Assembly: GCA_009992215.1 (NCBI GenBank)
Contig: JAACWB010000005.1
Coordinates: 16,676 to 80,675, forward strand
Length of the DNA stretch: 64,000 bases
DNA from: an archaeon
GTDB lineage: Archaea; Nanobdellota; Nanobdellia; Pacearchaeales; GW2011-AR1
Direction of reading: 5' to 3'
The notes under the pieces were generated by a model. It saw nothing but the letters and a program-made list of their open reading frames with translations. It ran no database searches and was not told the DNA's origin. Both the position numbers and the translations under genes were made by a program. Shown in pieces: positions 19,901 through 28,887 of the stretch (position 1 is its first letter; each line of letters starts with the position of its first letter).

Positions 19901-21850
19901 TTAACTAAAATTCTCTTTATATTCTGTTTCAACTAAATCTAATACTCTCTCATCTGGACTTAATAATTCTACGTGGTCTGTTTTGAAACGAAGCCCACGA
20001 TAAATTTTTTGCAAAAATTCACGACGAGCTTTGTCTTTATAGAATGCCCAATAATATCCTGGTTTTGTTTTCATTAATATTTTCCAGAAGGGGTCACTAA
20101 CGTTTGGATTTGGATATTTTGTAAAAACAATTGATTTACATTCTTTTCCTGGAAAGTCAACTCCCCTTGAATCTCTTGTTGAAAACAAGATGTCTCTTTT
20201 TCCTTCTTTGAATTCCTTAATTAAATTTCCTTCGTTGTCTTCGGTTTGCATTTCTCTTAACTTTTCACGAGATATTAAATTTTTCAGGGAATATTCTTTT
20301 AGTTCATCTTCACTTGGAATATCTAAAAAAGCATTAACGTGAACAAGTGTTGGTCTCTTTGCTAGTCCAACTGATTCGTCTAAGGCTTTTAGGTAATCCT
20401 CACGAGAAAATGTTTTATCTGAAAAATTAGAGTATTTACAATCCATTTCAGTCCCTGTTCTTTTTATTTCAATTGTTCCTTGGTCTTTTGTTTCTGCCTC
20501 GATAATTTCAAAATCTTCTAAACCAAAAATTGTTAAGAGAACTTCTTTTGAATGGAGTGTCCCAGACATTAAAACTAAAACGTTATTTTTATCAACAAAT
20601 TCTTTTAGTTTTTTTGCCAAGTTAATTGTTACAATTGAAATAGAAAAAATATTTTCTTTTTTTGTTACGGTTACATAACTTTCATTTAGAAATTCTTTAA
20701 ACATTTTTGCCGTTTCTAAAACGTCGAATAAATAACTTTCATCGTCAATATCTTTTAGCCAATCTTCTTTTAAGAAAATTTTTAAAATGTCATAAAGAGC
20801 TGTGAACTTTAAATCTAGAATCTCTCCAGATGTTCCTGCCTTTAAAATTTTTTCATCTTTTTTTAGATATTTGATTAATTCTAAAACTTCTTCAATCTTG
20901 TCTTCGTCGCCTTCACCTGAACCTAGTGCTTGAATCAATGAAGAGAGTAACCTTTCAATATTAATTGATCTTTGATTTGACAAGCTGTCTAAAAATTCAT
21001 CACATTCATCAATTATTTCAATTTCTGTTTTTGGTTTTCTGTTTAGTGCAGTTTCTAATTTGTATTTTAATGAATTAAAAACTATTACATCTGAATCTAT
21101 GTATGAATTGAACTGTTCATAAAATGGGCAACCTGGTTTTCTTTTGTATTGAATGTATTCTGTGTCTCCTAATCCTAAATAACGACGCTGTTTTGCATCT
21201 TTAAGAGATTTTAAATCAAATTTATCTGGGTAAACTGGACTCCAATATGGACAAACTGGCGCAACTGACAAACGTTTTACATCAGAAATCTTTGAAAAAT
21301 TTCTAACATCAACATTTTTGTTTTGTCTAATATATTCTTTTAATTTATTCCAGTTTCCTTCCCTGATTTCTATTTTACACGGAAGTTCTTTATTGTCTGC
21401 AGAAAAATCATTTCCATAAGAATCTTCAAACTCTTCTTTTTTTCCTGCAAAAATATCATATAGGCTAGAATTTATTTCTTTTTTTATTCTTGGGATTGCT
21501 TCTTTATTATCTTCTAAAAATTTACAAGGATGATTTTTTCGTCCAGTTATAATTGAAATTTTTAATTTTTCTTTATTGTCTTTTAACAAAAATTTATTTC
21601 CTTCATAGTCTCGTTTATATTGTGCTTGCAAATTTTTTCCGGGTACAACAATTGAAGCTTTTCCTAATTCTCTTGCTAAGTTTAGGGCGATTGCTGACTT
21701 TCCAGTCCCACAAACACCATGAATAAAAATTATTTTTTTTCCTTCTTTTATTTTTCCTAAAACTTCTTCTACCACATCGGCTTGGCTTTTGCCATTAGAA
21801 AAACAAAGTGGTGTAAGAAATTTCTCTTTATCATATAAATTCCATTCCAT
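19901..21850 (-). CDS. Rad3/XPD/DinG-family SF2 helicase
   Basis: Walker A GVCGTGKS, DECD, MSGTL, RGVDFPG, PNP; spaced Cys residues (HPC, LPC, VCP, GCPFY) compatible with an Fe-S domain. Confidence 0.85.
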   Translation of the reverse strand: MEWNLYDKEKFLTPLCFSNGKSQADVVEEVLGKIKEGKKIIFIHGVCGTGKSAIALNLARELGKASIVVPGKNLQAQYKRDYEGNKFLLKDNKEKLKISIITGRKNHPCKFLEDNKEAIPRIKKEINSSLYDIFAGKKEEFEDSYGNDFSADNKELPCKIEIREGNWNKLKEYIRQNKNVDVRNFSKISDVKRLSVAPVCPYWSPVYPDKFDLKSLKDAKQRRYLGLGDTEYIQYKRKPGCPFYEQFNSYIDSDVIVFNSLKYKLETALNRKPKTEIEIIDECDEFLDSLSNQRSINIERLLSSLIQALGSGEGDEDKIEEVLELIKYLKKDEKILKAGTSGEILDLKFTALYDILKIFLKEDWLKDIDDESYLFDVLETAKMFKEFLNESYVTVTKKENIFSISIVTINLAKKLKEFVDKNNVLVLMSGTLHSKEVLLTIFGLEDFEIIEAETKDQGTIEIKRTGTEMDCKYSNFSDKTFSREDYLKALDESVGLAKRPTLVHVNAFLDIPSEDELKEYSLKNLISREKLREMQTEDNEGNLIKEFKEGKRDILFSTRDSRGVDFPGKECKSIVFTKYPNPNVSDPFWKILMKTKPGYYWAFYKDKARREFLQKIYRGLRFKTDHVELLSPDERVLDLVETEYKENFS

Positions 21851-21903
21851 AACAAAAGTAAAAAATAATTTATTATAAAGATTTAGGATTAGTTAGAAGT
21901 TAA

Positions 21904-22272
21904 TTAAAACGGAAGAGGCTCATTGGCTTCATCTATCTCTTCTTGAGTCATTGGCCAGCGAATTAATTTTTTATACATAGGGTCTCCATCTGGCAGAGGT
22001 TCATCTTTGAAATACAAAAATCCTTTTCCATCGAAAGGACAAAATAATCCATAACCATTTAATAGTGCATCTGATCCATCATCAACTTTTTTGTTTGTTT
22101 TGACTAATGCATATGGTTGCCCATATAAAATTTTTCTTTCAACAACCACTCCCTCCCACGTGCTTTCATTAAAAGATACATTAACTGAATCTCCTTTTTG
22201 AAAATTTCTTCTAACAAAATGAGACTCAAAAACTCCTTCATCCGGAATAGCCACAATTTCAAATAATCCCAT
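21904..22272 (-). CDS. Hypothetical protein
   Basis: 122 aa ORF. Confidence 0.6.
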   Translation of the reverse strand: MGLFEIVAIPDEGVFESHFVRRNFQKGDSVNVSFNESTWEGVVVERKILYGQPYALVKTNKKVDDGSDALLNGYGLFCPFDGKGFLYFKDEPLPDGDPMYKKLIRWPMTQEEIDEANEPLPF

Positions 22273-22320
22273 AAAAAATAATTCTTACTTGAGTTTATAA
22301 GAATTTATATTCAATTTTTG

Positions 22321-22611
22321 TTAATCTTTCAAAAGATATTTTTTGATTGCCCAAAGGATTAAAGATACAATTGATAGCGTTAAAAACCATTTGAAATAAG
22401 TTGAGCCAATCACAGTTAAAAACATTAATATCAAAAATATTATGGCCAAATATTTCCACGAATCCACATTTCCAAATGTTTTGAAAATCCAGATTGCTAA
22501 AAGAGTAAATGCCAAGAATAAAATTAAAATCCAAGCATCATTTTCTATTGGTAAAAATAAAGATAAAAAGACTAGACCAAAAGCAAAATACTTGTATAAA
22601 TCTATATTCAT
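22321..22611 (-). CDS. Small multi-pass membrane protein
   Basis: About four hydrophobic segments; ATG at 22611 (MNIDLYKY). Confidence 0.55.
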   Translation of the reverse strand: MNIDLYKYFAFGLVFLSLFLPIENDAWILILFLAFTLLAIWIFKTFGNVDSWKYLAIIFLILMFLTVIGSTYFKWFLTLSIVSLILWAIKKYLLKD

Positions 22612-22724
22612 AAAATGAATATTCAATAATTATTTATATTTTTATGCATCGGAGAAAAAGCTAAACTTCTGTTCTAACTAGAGAAGTTTAGGGATTGACC
22701 CTTCGGAAAAATAATTTAACAAAA

Positions 22725-23012
22725 TTATCCGAATAATGAGGCCAATCCTTCTGCTGCAGCTTCTTTCTTTTCTTCTTTAGGTGCTTCTTCCTTTGGTGCT
22801 GCTGCTGGAGCCGCTGCCGCTGGAGCCGCTGAAACTAAACTAGCATTTGCTAATTCAGAAGCAATGTCTACACCGTTCAAGCTTGCAACTAATGACTTAA
22901 TTTTTGAATCGTCAACAGTTGCACCTGTAGCTGCAATTACAGCTTTCAAGCTGTCTTCTGTAACTTCTTTTTCAAGTTTGTGCAACAAAAGTGCCGCATA
23001 TATGTATTCCAT
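22725..23012 (-). CDS. rpl12: 50S ribosomal stalk protein P1 (aL12)
   Basis: MEYIYAALLLH...AAAEGLASLFG. Confidence 0.98.
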   Translation of the reverse strand: MEYIYAALLLHKLEKEVTEDSLKAVIAATGATVDDSKIKSLVASLNGVDIASELANASLVSAAPAAAAPAAAPKEEAPKEEKKEAAAEGLASLFG

Positions 23013-23041
23013 GTTTTTCCTCCGTGGTTTAATTTTGAATA

Positions 23042-23920
23042 TTAAAAGAATGAAGCTGCAAAGTCTGCCTTTGGTTCTTCTTTCTTCTCTTCTTGTTTAA
23101 TTTCTTCAACTGGTGCTTCTTTGACAATCACTTCGTCTGGTTCACCAGTAATAACTTTAACTAATCTTCTTTCTTGTCTTGCTGCTTTACCAATCATAAC
23201 TTTAACAGTTTCATTAGTTAAGTAGCCAATTTCAACTGCAAAAGGTAATGCTCTAGCATAAGCGTCAAGTAATGAAGCAAGTGTTCCTTCTGTATCAATT
23301 TTAATATCTACATAAATTGTATTTGTTTGTGAATCATAAGCTGAAAGTGGTTTAAAACCAATTGTGAAAGGTAAAATGTTTAATTTTCCTAACATGTCAG
23401 CAGCATTTTGTTTTATTGGTTCTCCAGATTTTGCAACAATTTTTGGTGCTTTAATTTCAATTTTTCCACCTTGAATCATAATTTGAATTCCAAGTGCACC
23501 TAATTCTGAAATTGCTGGACCAGGAGTTAAATCAGTTGGACCTGCTGGAACTTCGATATCAAAAGGAGCAATTTGCCCAGTCTTTGCTTTTGCTGCACTT
23601 TTATTTTTTAATAATTCAGCTGCTAATTCATATGAATCTAAGTTTGAAAATAAAACAGCAACTGCTCCATCAATTTGATCTTTTAATCCCAAAGCTTCTT
23701 TTTTACCAGCTTGTTCTACAGCTCTAAAAAATAAATTTCTTTTTGGAACTTTAACAATTGCTTTTCCTCTTAACTTTTTTGAAATTGATTGAAATTGTGA
23801 ACCTGGAATACTTCCTATGTCAGCTACTAAAATTGTTTTATGTGAAGAAATTAATTCAATTAATTCTTTTACTGCATTCAATTTTTTCTTTGGAATGTTT
23901 TCAACAACTTGTTTTGCCAT
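23042..23920 (-). CDS. rpl10: 50S ribosomal protein uL10 (P0)
   Basis: AKTGQIAPFDIEVPAGPT..PGP, C-terminal ASFF. Confidence 0.97.
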   Translation of the reverse strand: MAKQVVENIPKKKLNAVKELIELISSHKTILVADIGSIPGSQFQSISKKLRGKAIVKVPKRNLFFRAVEQAGKKEALGLKDQIDGAVAVLFSNLDSYELAAELLKNKSAAKAKTGQIAPFDIEVPAGPTDLTPGPAISELGALGIQIMIQGGKIEIKAPKIVAKSGEPIKQNAADMLGKLNILPFTIGFKPLSAYDSQTNTIYVDIKIDTEGTLASLLDAYARALPFAVEIGYLTNETVKVMIGKAARQERRLVKVITGEPDEVIVKEAPVEEIKQEEKKEEPKADFAASFF

Positions 23921-23921
23921 T

Positions 23922-24551
23922 TTATCTTACGTGAATTTTAATTGGTTTAGTCATAGTGAATTTAACTTCGATATTTTTTATGTTTTCTTTATCTCTAGGT
24001 AAATTCTTTAATAACTCAATATAAATTGCATTAATGTTTTCCATTATGTCTTCGTCTTTCATTGATTGTTTACCTACTGGAACCTTAACTGATGATTCTT
24101 TAACTCTAATTTTTACTGAAGTGTTAATTTTATCTTTTAATTCAGAAATTGTTTTTTCATCTGCGTTAAGAATAATTCCTAATTGTGGAGAAGGCATTTT
24201 TCCTGCTGGACCTAAAACTCTACCAAAAACAGTTGCTACTTTTGGCATTATTTTACCTTGAGCAATAAAGAAGTCATATTTGTCAACTAATTTCTTTAAT
24301 GCTTTTTTATCATTATATTTATTGAATTCGTTTAAAGTAATTGTATCAATTAATTCTGAATCAGCTTCCAAAAATGCAGCAACTTTTTTGTCCTTTGCTT
24401 TGTGTGGAACATTTACAAATAAATTAATTGGGTTTTTCTTTACTGAATATTTTTGTAAATTAATAATTAAGTCTACAGTTTGGTCAAACTTTCGTTCTTT
24501 ACCTTCTCTTAGAGTTTCTAATGCTTTTTTTATTTGTTCGTCGTATTCCAT
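23922..24551 (-). CDS. rpl1: 50S ribosomal protein uL1
   Basis: RKFDQTVDL, GRVLGPAGKMP, KFTMTKP; start placed at ATG 24551. Confidence 0.96.
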   Translation of the reverse strand: MEYDEQIKKALETLREGKERKFDQTVDLIINLQKYSVKKNPINLFVNVPHKAKDKKVAAFLEADSELIDTITLNEFNKYNDKKALKKLVDKYDFFIAQGKIMPKVATVFGRVLGPAGKMPSPQLGIILNADEKTISELKDKINTSVKIRVKESSVKVPVGKQSMKDEDIMENINAIYIELLKNLPRDKENIKNIEVKFTMTKPIKIHVR

Positions 24552-24633
24552 CGTATTTTTACTCCCAATCCGCAATTTCCTTTAAACAGTTACCTTCGAA
24601 ATAAGGGAAATTGGAATGTGTTCGCCTCCTACG
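24552..24633 (-). promoter_or_regulatory. Putative uL1 autoregulatory leader
   Basis: Minus strand CGTA-GGAG...TCCAATTTCC...GGAAATTGCGGA...TACG immediately before the ATG; resembles the GGAG-containing uL1 binding site. Confidence 0.4.
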
Positions 24634-24733
24634 CGTAAGCTCATGAAACAAGAATTGTCTGTTTCATCAGTTGTAGTTTATGGCTATGATTATTTTGGGA
24701 TACTTTGGTTTATAAAAGTTTCCGTGATTAGTT

Positions 24734-25483
24734 TTATGAATAATTTATTGAAAAAACATGCTTGGTTAAAATATTTGCTAATTCTTTTGAATCAAAACAG
24801 GCACTCACTCCTTTAATTTTAACTAATTCATTTAATTTTTTATATTGTTCTATTACTTTTTTAAAATCAGTTCCATCTTTTTGGTATGAATAAGAAAGAG
24901 CGTCTAAAGGAGATTTATGTCCTGAAATAAAATCTCCAAACCAAAAAGCATAAGCCTCATTGGATTCATTACTAACTGATTCAGGCAACATCCAAAAAAT
25001 ATTACTATAACTAAAATCTTTTTTCATATTTATTCCCACATCTCTTTCTAAAAATTCATGAAATATTATGTGGCCATATTCATGAGAAATTATTAACTTA
25101 AAATTTTCTTCTGGAGAGATTCTTTTTTCAAGACCTTTTTCATTTAAAACTGTTCCAGGTTCCTGAAGATTTCCAACATAAAAATTTGTTAAGGGATGCC
25201 AAACTCCTTTTTTATCTCTTGTTGTAGCTCCTTGTGCTTCAATATTCCAAGAATAATAAATATTTCTTTTATCTAATTTAATTGGAGTCTTTTTGTTTAT
25301 TTTTTTGATAATTTCATTGTTAATTTCTTCTCCTCTTCCTTCAACTAAAGTTGAATTATCAAACCTTTCCTTTATTAAATATTGAATTAATTTTCTATCT
25401 TTCTCCATATCTTCTGAAAATTTAATTGGTTTCGGAGGATAAATTGAATTTTCTAAATTTAATTTATATTTTGATTTTGTCAT
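24734..25483 (-). CDS. Putative zinc metallopeptidase (HEXXH)
   Basis: IISHEYGHIIFHE with a downstream NEAYA third-ligand-like motif. Confidence 0.6.
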   Translation of the reverse strand: MTKSKYKLNLENSIYPPKPIKFSEDMEKDRKLIQYLIKERFDNSTLVEGRGEEINNEIIKKINKKTPIKLDKRNIYYSWNIEAQGATTRDKKGVWHPLTNFYVGNLQEPGTVLNEKGLEKRISPEENFKLIISHEYGHIIFHEFLERDVGINMKKDFSYSNIFWMLPESVSNESNEAYAFWFGDFISGHKSPLDALSYSYQKDGTDFKKVIEQYKKLNELVKIKGVSACFDSKELANILTKHVFSINYS

Positions 25484-25532
25484 AACTTTTACATGGTAAC
25501 AACTTTTATAAAGTTACTTATACTAAATTAGT

Positions 25533-25931
25533 TACAAGTCAAGGAGCTAACTTTCGAGAGTCTGGCATTAAATTGTCGAGTGTTTGAAATGTGAACATTG
25601 ATTCTTGAGGAAGGTCCGCGCACCCCGAGTTTCCGTTATGGACTCTTAGGACAAAATCATCGAGGAAATCTCGAGCGTTGTGAAGCGCAGCTCTGGTACA
25701 GAAACGACACAGCTCATTTGGAGTTATGACTCTTGCGATGAACGGCGAAGAATGAGATTTGATGAAACGAGCATCTTGATTGGTGCAAGGGTAACAGTTA
25801 GTTTATAGTAAGTGATTGTTAGTTTTTAGCAAACACAGAAAAAATTAATGAAGTACGCCCGCTTAGTTGGATGTTAGCACATTTGGTCTGAATACAGCAA
25901 ATGACAGAACGTGGCCTAACCTTGACTTGTA
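25533..25931 (+). ncRNA. rnpB: RNase P RNA
   Basis: P1 pairing TACAAGTCAAGG/CCTTGACTTGTA; conserved blocks GAGGAAGGTCC, ACAGAAACG, TGAAACG, GTGCAAG, ACAGAACGTGGCCTA. Confidence 0.92.
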
Positions 25932-26047
25932 TTTCTTTTCCACGTTCTTACAAAACGACCGGCAAATCAGGGATTTACCCATCGGACATAAAAGCTCACT
26001 TCATTCGGTTTCATGTCAGTGGACTACCTTGACTTGTTTATTTTTAA

Positions 26048-26371
26048 TTAAAGAAAATTTTCTTCAAAATATAGTTTAGAATAATTTGGATGTCCTTCTT
26101 TCAAATCGTCTAAAAAACCCCACATGGATTTTGTTTGCATCCTACGATAACACCAAATTTCAGGGTTTATTTTTTCTTTCATTGGGTGCTCTGCATAAGG
26201 AATATTCGACCAATTTTTTTTATCTATTTCAATATATCCTCTTCCGTTTGTAACAATTCCTTCTATTAATTCATCAAGAGAACGCTCTTGTAAAAAAAAT
26301 TTTCCTTTTTTGTCTTCATATATTTTTCCAAGTACGGAATTTCCTGTTTCTTTACCTGCTGGAATTATCAT
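26048..26371 (-). CDS. Hypothetical protein
   Basis: 107 aa ORF. Confidence 0.55.
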   Translation of the reverse strand: MIIPAGKETGNSVLGKIYEDKKGKFFLQERSLDELIEGIVTNGRGYIEIDKKNWSNIPYAEHPMKEKINPEIWCYRRMQTKSMWGFLDDLKEGHPNYSKLYFEENFL

Positions 26372-26426
26372 AGTTGAAAAATAATATATTAGTTTTTAAC
26401 TATTTCTATTTAATAAAAAAGAAAAA

Positions 26427-26498
26427 TGGGAAGAGAGGGAGTCGAACCCTCGACTCCATGATCTTCAGTCATGTGCTCTCCCGCTGAGCTACCTTCCC
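26427..26498 (-). tRNA. tRNA-Phe(GAA)
   Basis: GGGAAGG/TCTTCCC acceptor stem, CATGA-CTGAAGA-TCATG, GAGGG-TTCGACT-CCCTC. Confidence 0.96.
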
Positions 26499-26599
26499 AT
26501 GTTATATAATAGAACAGTTTTCTTTTTTAAAGTTTGTTAATTCCTTTTATCAGAACTTTTATAAATAAGTGTGAATATAATTTATTATTGAGGTTGATT

Positions 26600-26896
26600 A
26601 TGGTATCTAAAAAAACTGTAAAAAAAGAAAGTGAAGGTTTGAAGGAAAATTCAAACTATGGACTTATTTCTTATATTTTGGCTATTGTTGCAATTGTAGA
26701 AGCAATTATTTCACCTATGGCCGGGATTATTTTAGGAATTATTGGGCTTAGTTTTTCTGTTAAAGAAAAAAGTAAACTTGCTTTGAAATCAAAAAAACTT
26801 AATATTATTGCAATTGTTTTAGGAGTGTTATTATTTGTTGCTATTTTAGCTTCATCTGTTTTACTTCCTTCAAGCATTTATGGAGGAACACAATGA
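26600..26896 (+). CDS. Small membrane protein (DUF4190-like)
   Basis: SYILAIVAI...GIILGIIGL...AIVLG pattern; GAGGTTGA before ATG 26600. Confidence 0.65.
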   Translation: MVSKKTVKKESEGLKENSNYGLISYILAIVAIVEAIISPMAGIILGIIGLSFSVKEKSKLALKSKKLNIIAIVLGVLLFVAILASSVLLPSSIYGGTQ

Positions 26897-27435
26897 AATC
26901 TAAACAAGGTGCAATGGAGATGAGTGTTGGAACAATTGTTACAATTGTTTTACTTATGAGTGTTTTAGTTTTAGGTTTATTTTTGGTAAAAAATATTTTT
27001 TCAAGTGCGAAGGGTGCAGTTGATTTAACTGATCAACAATTAACAAAAGAAATTCAAAAACTTTTCAGTGAAGATTCAAAAGTTGTTATTTATCCTACTA
27101 CAAGATATGTTGAAATAAAAGCAGGAAAAAGCGAAGATGTTGCAATTGGAATTAAGAACACTGGAAAAACAAGTAGTTCAGCAACAAGTTTTTCTTATAC
27201 TGTTACTGCTGGAGAAAATGATTGTGGAATAAGTCCGCAGGAACAATTAAGTTGGATTAGACTTGGAAAAGAAAAAACAAATATTCCTATTGCAATTGGA
27301 GACACTGAAGGATTAAGAGTAAGATTACAAATTCCTGAAGGGACTCCTTTATGTTTAGCTAGTTTTGATGTTACTGTCCAAGCTGGAGGATCAAGTTATG
27401 ACAGAGATTACTTTGATATTCAAGTAACTGCATAA
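26893..27435 (+). CDS. Class III signal peptide (type IV pilin-like) surface protein
   Basis: MKSKQG/AMEMSVGTIVTIVLLMSVLVLG; beta-rich C-terminus with two Cys. Confidence 0.8.
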   Translation: MKSKQGAMEMSVGTIVTIVLLMSVLVLGLFLVKNIFSSAKGAVDLTDQQLTKEIQKLFSEDSKVVIYPTTRYVEIKAGKSEDVAIGIKNTGKTSSSATSFSYTVTAGENDCGISPQEQLSWIRLGKEKTNIPIAIGDTEGLRVRLQIPEGTPLCLASFDVTVQAGGSSYDRDYFDIQVTA

Positions 27436-27473
27436 TCCCTAATTTTTTAAATAAAAGAAGTTTAGAATTCTTG

Positions 27474-28811
27474 ATGAGTTTAGAAATATATAATACATTT
27501 AGTAAAAAGAAAGAAATCTTTAAACCAATTAATGAAAACGAAGTTAGAATGTATGTTTGTGGTCCAACGGTTAATGGAGTTCCTCATTTGGGTCATGCAA
27601 GAATGCAAATAGTTTTTGATGTATTTAGGAAATATTTGAAATTCTTAAATTACAAGGTAAAATTTGTTTCTAATGTAACTGATATTGAAGACAAAATAAT
27701 TTCTAAGGCAAAAGAAGAAGGAATTAGTATTGAAGAATTGACAAGAAAAAATTTGAAGGAACACATGGAAGATTACAAAGCAATTGGGATTTTAGAACCA
27801 GATGTTCAACCAAAGGCAACAGAGTATGTCCCAGAAATGATTGATTTAATTAAAAGGTTGGAAGAAAAAGGTTACACTTACATAATTCCGGAAGACGGAG
27901 TTTATTATAATGTTAGTAAGTTTCCTGATTATGGAAAATTGTCGGGTATTGATTTAACTGAACTTAGAAGTTCTCGTGAATTAAAGGATTTGACAAAGGG
28001 ACAAGAAAAAAGAGATTCAAAAGATTTTGTTTTGTGGAAATTTTCTAAAGCTGATGAACCAAGTTGGGATTCTCCTTGGGGCAAAGGGCGACCTGGTTGG
28101 CATATTGAATGTAGCGCAATGAATCATGCGATTTTAGGACTTCCAATAGATATTCATGCAGGAGGACAAGATTTGATTTTTCCCCACCACGAAGATGAAA
28201 TTGCTCAAGCAGAAGCAGGCTATGGAGAAAAATTTTGTAATTATTGGATGCATAACGGAATGGTTAATATTGAAAAAGTAAAAATGTCAAAGTCACTTGG
28301 AAATTTTACTACTATAAAAGATTTATTGAAAGAGTATCCTGGCGAAGTTATTAGATATTTTATAATTTCTGTTCATTATAGAAAACCTGTTGACTTTTCA
28401 AAAGAAAAACTTGACGAAGCTAAAATTTCTTATGAAAGACTGAAAAGATTGGTTTTGGATTTAGAGGATGATAAAAAAATAAATGAAAAATATTTGGAAG
28501 AATTTAAGGAAAACATGAATGAAGATTTGAATACTGCAGGGGGACTTCAAATTTTATGGAAAATTGTTCGTGACGATAAAGCAGAAGGTAGAGTAAACAC
28601 AATAAAAGAAATAGATAAAGTTTTTTCACTTAATTTATTTCAGAGAAAAGAAATTGAACTTCCAATTGCTGTTTCAGAATTATTAGATGAAAGAAAAAAA
28701 GTAAGAGAAGAAAAAAATTGGGCTTTAGCGGATGAACTTCGAGATAAAATAAAAGAATTAGGATTTTTGGTTAAAGATTCAAAAGAAGGTCAAGAAGTTT
28801 TGAAATTATAA
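27474..28811 (+). CDS. cysS: Cysteinyl-tRNA synthetase
   Basis: YVCGPTV, HLGH, GRPGWHIECS, DLIFPHH, KMSKS. Confidence 0.98.
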   Translation: MSLEIYNTFSKKKEIFKPINENEVRMYVCGPTVNGVPHLGHARMQIVFDVFRKYLKFLNYKVKFVSNVTDIEDKIISKAKEEGISIEELTRKNLKEHMEDYKAIGILEPDVQPKATEYVPEMIDLIKRLEEKGYTYIIPEDGVYYNVSKFPDYGKLSGIDLTELRSSRELKDLTKGQEKRDSKDFVLWKFSKADEPSWDSPWGKGRPGWHIECSAMNHAILGLPIDIHAGGQDLIFPHHEDEIAQAEAGYGEKFCNYWMHNGMVNIEKVKMSKSLGNFTTIKDLLKEYPGEVIRYFIISVHYRKPVDFSKEKLDEAKISYERLKRLVLDLEDDKKINEKYLEEFKENMNEDLNTAGGLQILWKIVRDDKAEGRVNTIKEIDKVFSLNLFQRKEIELPIAVSELLDERKKVREEKNWALADELRDKIKELGFLVKDSKEGQEVLKL

Positions 28812-28887
28812 CAATAAATATTTAGAAGATAAAATTTAAGCAATAATTATATAAATAAAAATAAATTGTTTAATATAGAGGTGAAAA

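Noticed and set aside
26372..26498. Trailer module after tRNA-Phe
   Set aside because: Looked for and not found; only a T-rich tail follows, so the module is not universal.
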